Shown one piece after another: positions 48,703-58,451 of a stretch of 64,000 nt of DNA (positions within the stretch are counted from its first letter, which is position 1; each line of letters starts with the position of its first letter). A model generated the notes under the pieces. The model made no database searches and was not told the origin of the DNA. It was given only the letters and a program-made list of their open reading frames with translations. The stretch is taken from contig PNBD01000044.1 of assembly GCA_003135855.1 (NCBI GenBank), forward strand, positions 10,905-74,904, read 5' to 3'. The translations under genes were made by a program, and so were the position numbers. The DNA comes from Deltaproteobacteria bacterium. GTDB taxonomy: Bacteria > Desulfobacterota > Binatia > Binatales > Binataceae.

Positions 48703-49992
48703 ATGGCGAAGTCCGGTTCAATCGTCGCGTCGGGCGTCGACGCGGCGCGCACTCGACGTCCCGCAGTAATCGACCGTTTCGCGCGCGGCGCAGTGCTCGC
48801 GCGCCTGCAAGGCCTCAAGCGCGACCGACTCGTAGTCGAAGATCGCGAACTCCCTGAAACGCGCGTCTTCGGCCAGGATTCATCCTCGGCCGAACTGCGC
48901 GCGACGATCCGCGTTCACGACCGCCGCTTCTACTCCGACCTCGCGCTCGGCGGGAGCATCGGCGCCGGCGAAGCGTACATGGCGGGCTCGTGGACCACTG
49001 ACGATCTCACGTCGCTAGTGCAGATCATGATTCGCAATCGCGAGGTGATGGAGGCGATGGACTCCGGGCTTGCGCGCCTGGCGAATCCGGTGCGGAAACT
49101 GCTGCACTACCTGAATCGCAACACCAAAGACGGCAGCGCGCGCAACATCGCCGCGCATTACGATCTCGGCAACGATTTCTTCGAGCTGATCCTGGATCGC
49201 ACGCTGATGTACTCGTGCGCGATTTTCGAACGCCCCGATGCGACCCTGGAAGAAGCCGCGCTCGCCAAGGTGGAACGAATTTGTCGCAAGCTCGAATTGC
49301 GGCCGAGCGATCACCTGGTTGAGATCGGCACCGGCTGGGGCGGGTTCGCGATCCATGCGGCGAAGAACTACGGATGCCGCGTCACGACCGCGACGATCTC
49401 GCGCGCGCAGCATGATTACGCCATCAAGCGCATCGCGGCGGAGGGCCTGCAGGATCGCATCACGGTGCTGCTCAAGGACTATCGCGATCTGGAGGGACAG
49501 TTCGACAAGGCGGTGTCGATCGAGATGATCGAAGCAGTCGGACATCATTTCGTCGATTCGTATTTCCGCAAATGCGGCGAGCTGTTGAAGCCGGATGGGG
49601 TGATGCTGCTGCAAGCGATCACGATCGCGGACCAGTACTACGAGAACGCGCTGCGCACCGTCGATTTCATCAAGAAGTACATCTTCCCGGGCAGTTTTAT
49701 CCCGTCGGTGACGGCGATTTGCGATTCAATCACGCGCGCGAGCGATCTGCGGCTGTTCCATCTTGAGGATCTGACGCCGAACTACGCGGAGACGCTCAAG
49801 CACTGGCGGCTCAGGCTATTCCAGCATCTCGATCGCGTGCGCGCGCTCGGCTATCCGGAGGAATTCATCCGGATGTGGGAATTTTACCTTTGCTACTGCG
49901 AGGGCGGCTTCCGCGAGCGTTATATCGGCGACGTGCAGATGATACTGACCAAGCCCGCCTCGCGCCGCGCCCCGCTCCTGCCCAGCTTGTAG
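48703..49992 (+). CDS. cfa: Cyclopropane-fatty-acyl-phospholipid synthase
   Basis: SAM-methyltransferase motif VEIGTGWGGFA and Cfa C-terminal conservation. Confidence 0.9.
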   Translation: MAKSGSIVASGVDAARTRRPAVIDRFARGAVLARLQGLKRDRLVVEDRELPETRVFGQDSSSAELRATIRVHDRRFYSDLALGGSIGAGEAYMAGSWTTDDLTSLVQIMIRNREVMEAMDSGLARLANPVRKLLHYLNRNTKDGSARNIAAHYDLGNDFFELILDRTLMYSCAIFERPDATLEEAALAKVERICRKLELRPSDHLVEIGTGWGGFAIHAAKNYGCRVTTATISRAQHDYAIKRIAAEGLQDRITVLLKDYRDLEGQFDKAVSIEMIEAVGHHFVDSYFRKCGELLKPDGVMLLQAITIADQYYENALRTVDFIKKYIFPGSFIPSVTAICDSITRASDLRLFHLEDLTPNYAETLKHWRLRLFQHLDRVRALGYPEEFIRMWEFYLCYCEGGFRERYIGDVQMILTKPASRRAPLLPSL

Positions 49993-50132
49993 TTGCCGGC
50001 CTTCTCTTCTGTCCGTCGGTTTTTCGGAGACGACTCTTCTAAATCAAGCGTGCCCGATGGCGAGCTTTCGCGAGCCGCGAGCGCAGCGAGCCCCGAGCCG
50101 CAACGGAGTGGAGGCAAGGGAATCAAGATGAG

Positions 50133-50169
50133 TTGACAACAGCGATAACCAGATGATAATTATTACCAT
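50133..50169 (+). promoter_or_regulatory. Sigma70-like promoter (TTGACA-17-ATAATT) with an overlapping Fur/PerR-type box ATGATAAT-T-ATTACCAT
   Basis: TTGACA at 50133-50138. An 8-1-8 inverted repeat at 50153-50169 with one mismatch, resembling 7-1-7 Fur-family operators. It overlaps the -10 and is immediately upstream of the regulator gene. Confidence 0.45.
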
Positions 50170-50175
50170 CTAGGA

Positions 50176-50703
50176 ATGGAACTACAGCTGGTAAATGAGC
50201 GACGACGCCCGGCCTACGCCGCGCAGCGCCTGGCCGAATTCGCCGAGCGCTGCCGCGCGGGCGGCCTGGCCGTGACGCCGCAGCGCATAGCGATTATCAA
50301 GGTGCTGCTTGATTCGGCGGAGCATCCGCGCGCCGACGCGATTTGCGCCGCGGTGCGCAAGCAGCATCCCCATGTCTCGCTCGCCACCGTTCATCGCACG
50401 CTCGAGACGCTGTGCGAGATCGGCGAGGCGCGCAAGGTCACGATGCTGCATGACAGCGCGCGCTACGACGGCAATCTTACGCCGCATCATCACGTGGTGT
50501 GCATCAAGTGCCGCTGCATCAGGGACATCGAAATTCCCCAGCTCGATCGGATCCTTGCGGGCCGCTCGGAACTGGGCGAATTCACGGTGCTCGGATCGTC
50601 GCTGGAGATTCACGCGCTGTGCGAACGATGCGGGGCGAAAGCCGCGAAGCGCGCAACCGGCGGAGTCGGTCGCAGCCAGCGCAAGCAAAAATCATCGAAG
50701 TAA
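50176..50703 (+). CDS. Fur-family transcriptional regulator (PerR-like by context)
   Basis: GLAVTPQRIAIIKVLL...HVSLATVHRTLETL DNA-binding helix. C-terminal CxxC...CxxC zinc site. Confidence 0.8.
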   Translation: MELQLVNERRRPAYAAQRLAEFAERCRAGGLAVTPQRIAIIKVLLDSAEHPRADAICAAVRKQHPHVSLATVHRTLETLCEIGEARKVTMLHDSARYDGNLTPHHHVVCIKCRCIRDIEIPQLDRILAGRSELGEFTVLGSSLEIHALCERCGAKAAKRATGGVGRSQRKQKSSK

Positions 50704-50725
50704 TTCAGCCAACAGGGAGAAGAAC

Positions 50726-51142
50726 ATGCCAAGTCTGAAAGGAACCAAGACCCATACAAATCTCAAAAACGCTTTTGCCGGCGAGAGCCAGGCCAACCGC
50801 CGCTATCTCTATTTCGCGAAAATCGCGGACATCGAGGGCCAGCCGGAAATCGCCGGACTGTTCCGCGACACCGCCGAAGGGGAGACCGGTCACGCGCACG
50901 GCCATCTCGATTATCTGAAACAGGTCGGCGACCCGGCGACCGATTTGCCGATGGGCGATTCGGCGCTGAATCTCAAGTCGGCGGTGCACGGCGAGACCCA
51001 CGAATACACCGACATGTATCCCGGCATGGCGCGCACCGCGCGCGAGGAAGGCTTCGACGAGATCGCCGACTGGTTCGAGACGCTCGCCAAGGCCGAAAAG
51101 TCCCACGCTGGACGTTTCGCCAAGGCGGCCACAACGCTCTAG
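50726..51142 (+). CDS. rbr: Rubrerythrin-family diiron protein (no rubredoxin domain)
   Basis: ATG 50726 with an AGGGAGA RBS. Ferritin-like E-x-x-H pairs ([17 protein letters not shown]). The track ORF 50309-51142 is an out-of-context extension through perR. Confidence 0.75.
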   Translation: MPSLKGTKTHTNLKNAFAGESQANRRYLYFAKIADIEGQPEIAGLFRDTAEGETGHAHGHLDYLKQVGDPATDLPMGDSALNLKSAVHGETHEYTDMYPGMARTAREEGFDEIADWFETLAKAEKSHAGRFAKAATTL

Positions 51143-51316
51143 TTTTCCGCGGACAATCGAGTCCGTCCCGGGCATCGCAGGGTGACCCGGGACGGTGTCT
51201 CATCAAAAGGTCATCGATTTTCTCGTCGGGTTGTCGTGTTCAAGTTTCTTCAACGACTTATCCGAATCGGTGCCCGAGAATCCGTATCGTCGCGAAACTC
51301 CTGACCAGGTTGACTA

Positions 51317-52669
51317 ATGAGTGACCGCATCGAAGCCAAGCCCAGCGACGGGCTTTCCTACAACATGACCGAGCCCAAATATTGGGACCGCGCCGGGCTC
51401 AATAGAGAAATCGAGCGCGTTTTCGACATCTGTCACGGATGCCGGCTGTGCTTCAATTTGTGTCCGTCGTTCCCGGCGTTGTTCGAGGCGGCCGATCGCA
51501 ACGACGGCGATGTCCGCAAGCTGACCGCGGACGAGACCCATCGCGTAATCGAGCTTTGTTACGGATGTAAGCTGTGCGAGATCAAATGTCCCTACACGCC
51601 GCGTGACGGCCACGAGTTCCAGCTTGATTTTCCGCGCTTGATGATTCGCGCCAAGTCGGTCGGCGCCAAGGAAAACGGGATCGGGCTGCGCGAAAAAATC
51701 CTCGGCAATCCCGACTTACTCGGCAAGCTCGGCAACCTGACTCCGCGCCTCGCCAATTGGGGATGCCATCGGAAGTTTCAGCGCGTGATGATGGAAAAGG
51801 TGCTCGGGATTCATCGCGACAAGAAGCTGCCCGATTTCGCCGGAGAGACTTTCGACAAGTGGATAGCGCGAACGGGTCTGCCGCCTGAACCCGCCGAGCC
51901 GGCCGCCAAAGTTGCGCTTTTTCCGACCTGCTTCGTGAACTACTACAATCCCGGACCGGGCAAGGCGGCGGTCGAAATCTTCGCGAAAAACGGATGCGCG
52001 ATCAAATACCCGAAGCAGAACTGTTGCGGGATGCCGGCGCTCGACGGCGGCGATGCCGACTTCGCGCGGAAGGAAGCGCGCGCCAATGTCGACGCGATGC
52101 TGCCGCTGGTGCGCGATGGCTACAAAATCGCGGCGATCAACCCGACCTGCTCGCTCACGATGCGCAAAGAGTATCTGAATTTGCTGCCCGGCGATGAGGT
52201 GAAGGAGTTCGCCGCGGCCGTGGTCGATCCAAGCGAGCTGCTTTACCGGCTCCGGCGCGAGGGCAAGTTCAACAGCGATTTTCGATCGACCCCGGTGAGC
52301 GTTGCCTACCACGTTCCATGTCACTTGAAGGCGCAAGGAATTGGCTTTCGCTCGCGCGATCTGATGCGTCAGATTCCGGGCGTGCAGATCGCGACTGTCG
52401 AGGCATGTACGGCGCATGACGGTTCATGGGCGATGAAAAAAGAATTCTTCGAGCTATCGATGAAATGGGGCGAGAAGGCATTTTCGGCGATGCGCGACGC
52501 CGACGCGCGCGTGATGGCGAGCGATTGCCCACTGGCGGCGGTGCAAATCGAGCAGGCCACTGGTGTCCGGCCGATGAATCCGCTCGAGGTGCTGGCTCGC
52601 GCGTATGAAATAGATGGTTTCGCTGACGCCGTGTCGCCACCGGAGCCGAACAAGGACGATGAGGCATGA
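51317..52669 (+). CDS. (Fe-S)-binding protein, GlpC/HdrD-like with two 4Fe-4S ferredoxin motifs and two CCG domains
   Basis: CHGCRLCFNLCP and CYGCKLCEIKCP, then Cys-rich CCG-type repeats (CFVNYY.., CCGMP.., CHLK..). Confidence 0.75.
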   Translation: MSDRIEAKPSDGLSYNMTEPKYWDRAGLNREIERVFDICHGCRLCFNLCPSFPALFEAADRNDGDVRKLTADETHRVIELCYGCKLCEIKCPYTPRDGHEFQLDFPRLMIRAKSVGAKENGIGLREKILGNPDLLGKLGNLTPRLANWGCHRKFQRVMMEKVLGIHRDKKLPDFAGETFDKWIARTGLPPEPAEPAAKVALFPTCFVNYYNPGPGKAAVEIFAKNGCAIKYPKQNCCGMPALDGGDADFARKEARANVDAMLPLVRDGYKIAAINPTCSLTMRKEYLNLLPGDEVKEFAAAVVDPSELLYRLRREGKFNSDFRSTPVSVAYHVPCHLKAQGIGFRSRDLMRQIPGVQIATVEACTAHDGSWAMKKEFFELSMKWGEKAFSAMRDADARVMASDCPLAAVQIEQATGVRPMNPLEVLARAYEIDGFADAVSPPEPNKDDEA

Positions 52670-53253
52670 AACCGATAACCTTCGACCAGACACTCGCGCT
52701 GGCGGATTACGAACGCGTCCGTGAGCTTTTGCGACCGCTGTTGATTCACGCCAAAGAACGACGCCGATTGGCGGTCGGTTCCCATCTGACGTTTCTATTC
52801 GAGAACAACCAGACGGTCTGGTACCAGATTCAGGAAATGATCCGCACGGAAAAGATGACGACGCGCGAAGCGATTCAGCATGAAATCGATACCTACAACG
52901 AAATCCTGCCGGGCAGCGACGAACTGGTCGCCACGATGCTGATCGAGTATGGCGAGCCGCGCGAACGCGACGCCGCGCTCAGGCGCCTGGTCGGGCTGGA
53001 ACGTCATCTGTGGCTTAAGGTCGCGGGGAAAAAAATCGCGGCGAAGTTCGACGATCGCCAGATGTCAGACGAGCGGGTCAGCGCCGTTCAGTTCGTGCGC
53101 TTTCCGCTCGAGGGTCTCGGGGCCGCCGGGATGATCGAACTCGCGGGCAGGGGCGAAATCGCGATCGAAGTCGATCATCCGGCGATGGCGGCGAGCAGCG
53201 CGTTCAGCCCGTCGCTGGGCGGGGCGCTGGCGGAGGATTTGCGCCAGTCGTAA
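52666..53253 (+). CDS. Conserved hypothetical protein, probably DUF3501 family
   Basis: 195 aa. Overlaps the Fe-S gene stop by 4 nt (ATGA), suggesting translational coupling. Family assignment is from memory of a recurrent Fe-S/DUF3501 pairing. Confidence 0.45.
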   Translation: MKPITFDQTLALADYERVRELLRPLLIHAKERRRLAVGSHLTFLFENNQTVWYQIQEMIRTEKMTTREAIQHEIDTYNEILPGSDELVATMLIEYGEPRERDAALRRLVGLERHLWLKVAGKKIAAKFDDRQMSDERVSAVQFVRFPLEGLGAAGMIELAGRGEIAIEVDHPAMAASSAFSPSLGGALAEDLRQS

Positions 53254-53293
53254 CTCGATTGCCCGGGCCTCAGACGCGGTTCGCAGAAACACA

Positions 53294-53338
53294 AACGCCG
53301 AACCCGGTTGCCCGGATTCGGCGTTCGTTTTTTCTTTT
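53294..53338 (+). terminator. Strong Rho-independent terminator (13-bp stem with a 1-nt internal loop, then CGTTTTTTCTTTT)
   Basis: AACGCCGAACCCGG-TTGC-CCGGATTCGGCGTT, then a U-tract. It lies between convergent genes and may act in both directions. Confidence 0.7.
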
Positions 53339-53349
53339 ATGCGGCCTGA

Positions 53350-54654
53350 TTAATCAACAGGAGGGGGGTGCGGAACCGCAAGGCCGGTCGGCAGATGGAG
53401 GCCCGTGGCGCCGCCCTGAACCCTCACGTTAAAACGCGGTGAACCGCCCGCTTCCAACTGGCCGAAATCATTGTCGTACATCAGGAAGCTGTTCCGGCCG
53501 TTGATCGCAACGTACACCTCGTCTCCGTTAGAATCGATGCCCATCGGGGAGTGCAACCACCTTCCGCTAATAGTCGCAACCAACGTACCGAAGAAAGTAT
53601 CGGTATCGAAAACCTGGATCGTGTTGGTGCCAGCGTCGGTGACGAAAATCTCACCGTCGCTCTCGCCATCTACCGCAACGAATTCCCCGCCCGTCGCGGA
53701 CAAAACCCCGCTGCCGATGATGTTATCGGGAAACGCGTCTCCGCTTGCATCGTCGGCATAAGAAGTAACGTACCCGAAGAGGCTATTGACTACCCACAGC
53801 TTACCGGTCGAGTCGGAAGCAAGGCCGGTCGGTCCGCCCAGGAACGACAAGCATCCGCCGATGGTCGCATTCTCGAGCACACCGGGCGGAATCGGCGGTA
53901 TGGCGAGGACGACTGGCGAGTTGTTGAGTGGGATTACGTCGCCGCTATCACCCTCAAAGAATTCAGTGATGGTTCCCAAGCTGAAGCCAGCGCCGCCCTC
54001 CGACACTGGCGCGCAAATTCCGATACCCGAATCGGGCGCGATGACGACGCCGAGTGTGTTCGCGACTGCGAAAATTCCGTCTTCATCGTCGCCCTGAAGG
54101 AAGACCGTGCCGGTGGGATTATTGTTACCAGTGTCGGGCCCAATGATTACGGCCGAAGGCGCCGAATTACCGGTCGAGCCGGCACCGAACTGCAGAATGT
54201 CATTGGCGAGTTGGTTCCCCACCGCGATGTCCTGTAGATCCGGGCTGATCGCAACTCCCGAGACACCGTCGAAGCCCGGGGCATGACCAATGATCTGGTG
54301 GAGCGGCTTGTTATTGCCGGCGGAGCCCGGAGCAAACGTCGAAACGCTGCCGCCGAAGAGGGCTCCGTTGTTGCCCACCACCACGAGGTCTTCCGTGCAT
54401 TTATCGTCTAAACTGCAATTCTTCGCGTAGCTGCTGGTGGTCGTCATCGCCAGCAATACCGCAGCCGAGAATATCGCCACCACAACTGAGAAGGGGCGAG
54501 CGAACTCGGCAAATCTTAGCGCGGCTCTGTGCGCCAATGAGCTTCCGTCCCTAACCTGCGTCACCGTCTGCATTCTTCCTTGCGTCATTGTGTCTAACCC
54601 CCGCCGAGTCAATCGGTGTCCCACCTGCTGGCCTAAGTCAGTCTCGAAAACCAA
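53350..54654 (-). CDS. Secreted Gly/Asp/Thr-rich repeat protein (possible beta-propeller), unknown function
   Basis: Hydrophobic signal-like segment PFSVVVAIFSAAVLLAMTTTSS, then repetitive G/D/S/T-rich beta segments. The true start is probably an internal Met, so the N-terminus is uncertain. Confidence 0.5.
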   Translation of the reverse strand: MVFETDLGQQVGHRLTRRGLDTMTQGRMQTVTQVRDGSSLAHRAALRFAEFARPFSVVVAIFSAAVLLAMTTTSSYAKNCSLDDKCTEDLVVVGNNGALFGGSVSTFAPGSAGNNKPLHQIIGHAPGFDGVSGVAISPDLQDIAVGNQLANDILQFGAGSTGNSAPSAVIIGPDTGNNNPTGTVFLQGDDEDGIFAVANTLGVVIAPDSGIGICAPVSEGGAGFSLGTITEFFEGDSGDVIPLNNSPVVLAIPPIPPGVLENATIGGCLSFLGGPTGLASDSTGKLWVVNSLFGYVTSYADDASGDAFPDNIIGSGVLSATGGEFVAVDGESDGEIFVTDAGTNTIQVFDTDTFFGTLVATISGRWLHSPMGIDSNGDEVYVAINGRNSFLMYDNDFGQLEAGGSPRFNVRVQGGATGLHLPTGLAVPHPPPVD

Positions 54655-55040
54655 CGCGGCATCTGTTCCTCCCCAGCCTCGGCCGCGAATCGAGACTGGC
54701 AGTCCTCCGGAAATTCATCCGGACTACAGCGTTCGGTCGTCGTACCTACACTGAATGGATGACAAATTCAAGTGCAACGTAATCGGAAGTTAATGTTCCT
54801 TCACGAAGCGCCGAACCGCGTCCATTTGGAAGCCGACGAGTATCGCGAGCAACCCTTGCGCGCTGAGGACTATCAAAGCGTACGGGGAGAATCGAATTGC
54901 CATGGAGTACTGTGCCGCGGGTTTAAGCATCTTGCCGCCCGAAGTTGCACCGGCGGTTTTCTCCAATCGTTCGCGCGGGCCGGCGCATCTCCAGGGTGGG
55001 TGCGGGCGCGATCTCCAGACTTGCCTTCTGGAACCCGACG

Positions 55041-55090
55041 AGCGGACTTTTTCCTACGGACGTTTCTTACGGACTTTATCTTACGGACTT
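55041..55090. repeat. Four direct CGGAC(T) repeats spaced 13-14 bp apart (GCGGACTTTTT, ACGGACGTTTC, ACGGACTTTAT, ACGGACTTCCG)
   Basis: Read directly. It lies inside a 750-bp gene-free interval upstream of the 55408 gene. Confidence 0.5.
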
Positions 55091-55407
55091 CCGGCCGAGC
55101 GAGATCGGGTCGGGCCATTTGGGCGGTCACCGACGTGCGATCACCGAAACGCCGCGACACACGTGCCGACCGATCGCCGCCATCCCTTCACGTAGTTGCG
55201 AGGCGTTAGTTTTGAGCGACGGCCGGCTCCGGAGCCAGAGCTGATTGTTGCGCTCGTGTGAACGCGGCGTACTGCCTTCTTGACAAGGGGCACGGGGGAA
55301 TGGTAGCTAAGCCGCGTTCGTAGGTTCCTATCGAGCGATCGGGGGAAGAGCGCTCCGATTGCGGGGTAAGACGAGGATTCTGACGAAACCACGAGGGCTC
55401 CAACGGC

Positions 55408-57288
55408 TTGGGGGTGCTTATGCATAACGGGAACATGGGACTTGGCGGTACGCGGTGGCGGAGTCTGTTAGTGGCCACTGTGGCAACGGTTGCAACGCTG
55501 TGGTCGTCGGTGGCGATGGCGACGATCACGCAGGGCGACTTTTCGATCTTTGGATTTTTCGAAACTCGCGAATCAGGGCGATGGGGCGAAGGAAGCTCCG
55601 CGAACAACGGCACGGACACCACGTTCGTGCATCCGCTGCCGACTCTCACCTTGATCGGGAAGGCGGGCAAGGCCGCGACCGAGACGGGGGGCAGCTTCGA
55701 TTTCAATCATTGGGATCTGGTGGAAGCGCGCCAGCTCGCCGACATCCGGCCCGACTATCATTTCGTAAAGAACTACAAACTGCTGGGCCGGTTCGACACG
55801 TTGATCCTGAAGGACGCGGATTTCTTCGCGTTCTATCGTCCGTGGTACGACGCGTTCGGCACGTTGAAGAACAAGGGCCGCTGCGAGACGAATCGCGATT
55901 GCGTGGATTACTCGCATCACGAGCTTCAGCAACAATACTTCCGCGACGACCTGCACGAATACTATGCGCAGTTGAACTTCACGGATAACTTTTCCGCTCG
56001 TATCGGTAAACAGCAAGTCATCTGGTCGGAAGCGGACGCGTTGTCAGGAACGGAAGTCACCAACAGCGTCGATGCGACCTATCATTGGCTGCACTTCGAG
56101 TCGGCGGAAAATCTTCGCAAGAACGTCCGGATGATCAAGCTGAACTACATCCTGCCGGATTTCTTCAAGACCGCGAACAACGAACTCGAAGCTTTCATTA
56201 TTCCCGGCGACTACCAGGGCAACGGGATCATTGTGAATACCTTCGATCCGCGTAGTCCGTGGATCTTCCCGGGGCCCACCCAACTGGGCGCCTTCAATCA
56301 GAATGGCCAGCCGTTCCGCGAAGTCACGTTTTTGGATCAAGGCCAAAAGCCAATGATCAACATTGGCGGGGTCTTCGCCGATTTTGCGGTCCGGAACAAC
56401 AGCAAGGCGCCGTCCAACTCACTCGAGAACAGCGAGTTCGGCATTCGTTACTCGAGCCTCCTGCCGATCGGTAACGGCCTGCAGGCGAGCTTCATCTTTC
56501 TTTACGAAGCGCGTGACTCGCGTCTCGGTCTCTGCACGGCTTGCTCGGCGCTCAGCGCGGCCTTCTCGACCGCGAAAGTTATGGGTACGGGCCCCGCCGC
56601 AGCGACTAACTGGTCGCCGGTCATTCCCGGCGAATTCCTGAACTTTGGCAACTACATCTATGGAAAGCCCCGTCCGGGCGTGCCGAAGGCCGGAACTTTT
56701 CTGGTCATGATCGATCAAGATACCCGCCGCAACAAGTTCTTCGGCTTGACCGGTACCTACTACGACAAGGATCTAACCGACATCGTTTACCGTTATGACA
56801 TTCTGTATGAGCCGAGTTTCGGTGGTGCTTGCAACGGCTGTGCGCTGAGCGGCTCGGATTGGACGCAGCGTACCCGCTACATCATCGCGGCCGACCGACC
56901 GACCTACATTCCATGGCTGTCCAAGCAGCACACGTTCCTGGTGGCGCAGAACGTCGTGACCTGGTTCCCGGATCGCCCGAGCAACTCGATTCCGTATTTC
57001 GGCGATGCCGCCGGCAAACAGCGTGAGTTCAGCGACTTCTTCTTCGTGTCGGCGGTCAACTGGGTGATGAACGGCCAGCTGACCACGACCAACGCGCTGG
57101 CGTGGGATGTCGACGACAACACGGGCGGACTCGGCTCGAACAACGTCTACCGCTACTCGCGTAACATCCTGGTAGGCGTGAACGCGCAGTGGTACCTCGG
57201 TCGGAGCGGGCGCAATACTGACCCGTTCGCCGAAAGCCGCGCGCAGCGTATCAACGAACTGGAGTTCACGCTCACGTACGAAATCTGA
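55408..57288 (+). CDS. Outer-membrane beta-barrel-like secreted protein, possibly DUF1302 family
   Basis: Signal peptide. 626 aa rich in alternating aromatic/polar beta strands. Ends with an aromatic residue (LTYEI). Family assignment is tentative. Confidence 0.5.
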   Translation: MGVLMHNGNMGLGGTRWRSLLVATVATVATLWSSVAMATITQGDFSIFGFFETRESGRWGEGSSANNGTDTTFVHPLPTLTLIGKAGKAATETGGSFDFNHWDLVEARQLADIRPDYHFVKNYKLLGRFDTLILKDADFFAFYRPWYDAFGTLKNKGRCETNRDCVDYSHHELQQQYFRDDLHEYYAQLNFTDNFSARIGKQQVIWSEADALSGTEVTNSVDATYHWLHFESAENLRKNVRMIKLNYILPDFFKTANNELEAFIIPGDYQGNGIIVNTFDPRSPWIFPGPTQLGAFNQNGQPFREVTFLDQGQKPMINIGGVFADFAVRNNSKAPSNSLENSEFGIRYSSLLPIGNGLQASFIFLYEARDSRLGLCTACSALSAAFSTAKVMGTGPAAATNWSPVIPGEFLNFGNYIYGKPRPGVPKAGTFLVMIDQDTRRNKFFGLTGTYYDKDLTDIVYRYDILYEPSFGGACNGCALSGSDWTQRTRYIIAADRPTYIPWLSKQHTFLVAQNVVTWFPDRPSNSIPYFGDAAGKQREFSDFFFVSAVNWVMNGQLTTTNALAWDVDDNTGGLGSNNVYRYSRNILVGVNAQWYLGRSGRNTDPFAESRAQRINELEFTLTYEI

Positions 57289-57307
57289 TCTGGATTGCTG
57301 ATTGATG

Positions 57308-57349
57308 AGGGCGGCTGCGGCGTATGCTGCGGCCGCCTTTCTTTTTCTC
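57308..57349 (+). terminator. Rho-independent terminator after the 55408 gene
   Basis: GGGCGGCTGCGGCG-TATGC-TGCGGCCGCC hairpin followed by TTTCTTTTTCT. Confidence 0.6.
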
Positions 57350-57448
57350 CGCGACTCTTCTATTTTCTAAGGCTGGAACTTCTCTGGGGGGATCGTCCGC
57401 GGCTCGGGATTGGTGCAGCCGCCTTCCAAGGGACGGCTCAGTGCCGCG

Positions 57449-57958
57449 ATGGAACAAAGCTCACATTGGTATCTGATTCGGACCAAGACCGGCAAAGAGC
57501 GCTGGGTCCGCGATCAACTAGCCGGTGTGGTGCCCGAGGTATTTCTGCCGTTGCTCAAAGCCAAGGCGCGGCGCTGGGGCCGATTGGCGGATGCGATTGG
57601 CCCGCTATTTCCCGGCTACCTGTTCGCGCGGTTCGACCTGCAACATAACTATTTCGACGTGAAGTATATGTCCGGAGTGCACGGCCTGGTGTCGGCGGGA
57701 ATCGATCCTTTGGCGGTGCCGCCCTCGATCATCGCGGAGATTCGGAAATGGGGAGTCAACGACATCGTCGAGCTCGTCGAAAAACCATTCGATACGGGCG
57801 AGAAAGTGGTGGTCGTGGACGGTCCGTTTCGCGGATTTGAAGCGATCTTCCAGCACTACATCTCAGGCGCCGAGCGAGTCGCAATTTTGCTCAACGCAGT
57901 CGAAGCGAGCGGACTCAGGGTCGTGCTTTCGGCGTCGGCAGTCGCGAAAAACAGCTAA
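57449..57958 (+). CDS. NusG-paralog transcription antiterminator (UpxY/LoaP/RfaH-like)
   Basis: NGN domain WYLIRTKTGKERWVRDQL...LFPGYLFARFD and KOW motif GEKVVVVDGPFRGFEAIF. It heads a sugar-nucleotide gene block. Confidence 0.75.
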   Translation: MEQSSHWYLIRTKTGKERWVRDQLAGVVPEVFLPLLKAKARRWGRLADAIGPLFPGYLFARFDLQHNYFDVKYMSGVHGLVSAGIDPLAVPPSIIAEIRKWGVNDIVELVEKPFDTGEKVVVVDGPFRGFEAIFQHYISGAERVAILLNAVEASGLRVVLSASAVAKNS

Positions 57959-58081
57959 CGCGATTCGAGCCGTGCTCGCGAGTTCGCCGATTTCACAAAA
58001 AGCACCGTCGCCTTGTATTACTTGACCAGCTAGAATCTGGCATATGATTGATTTCGCTTTCGGGGGAGACGCTCGAAGACG

Positions 58082-58444
58082 ATGATTCGCGCGAGGAAGC
58101 CGGTCCGAATCGTGCCCAAGGGCTGGGGTCGCGAGCTTTGGATCGCGAACGACGAAAAATATTGCGGGAAGATTCTAGAAATCAGCAAAGGCAAGAAATG
58201 CTCGCTGCATTATCATAAGCTCAAGACTGAATCGTTCTACTTGCGCAGCGGACGGTTGACAGTGCGCATCATGGAATCACCGGAAGCGGAGACGGTTCAG
58301 GAATTCGAATTGGTGGCGGGCGATTGCATGGACGTGCGGCCCGGACTGGTTCATCAGATGGAAGCGATCGAGGATGCCGAGCTGTACGAATTCTCGACGC
58401 AACACTTTGACAGCGATTCTTACCGCTTGAAGCCAGGTGACTGA
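58082..58444 (+). CDS. Cupin-fold protein, WxcM/FdtA-like sugar 3,4-ketoisomerase candidate
   Basis: 120 aa. [42 protein letters not shown] cupin motifs. Confidence 0.5.
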   Translation: MIRARKPVRIVPKGWGRELWIANDEKYCGKILEISKGKKCSLHYHKLKTESFYLRSGRLTVRIMESPEAETVQEFELVAGDCMDVRPGLVHQMEAIEDAELYEFSTQHFDSDSYRLKPGD

Positions 58445-58451
58445 TCCCGCG

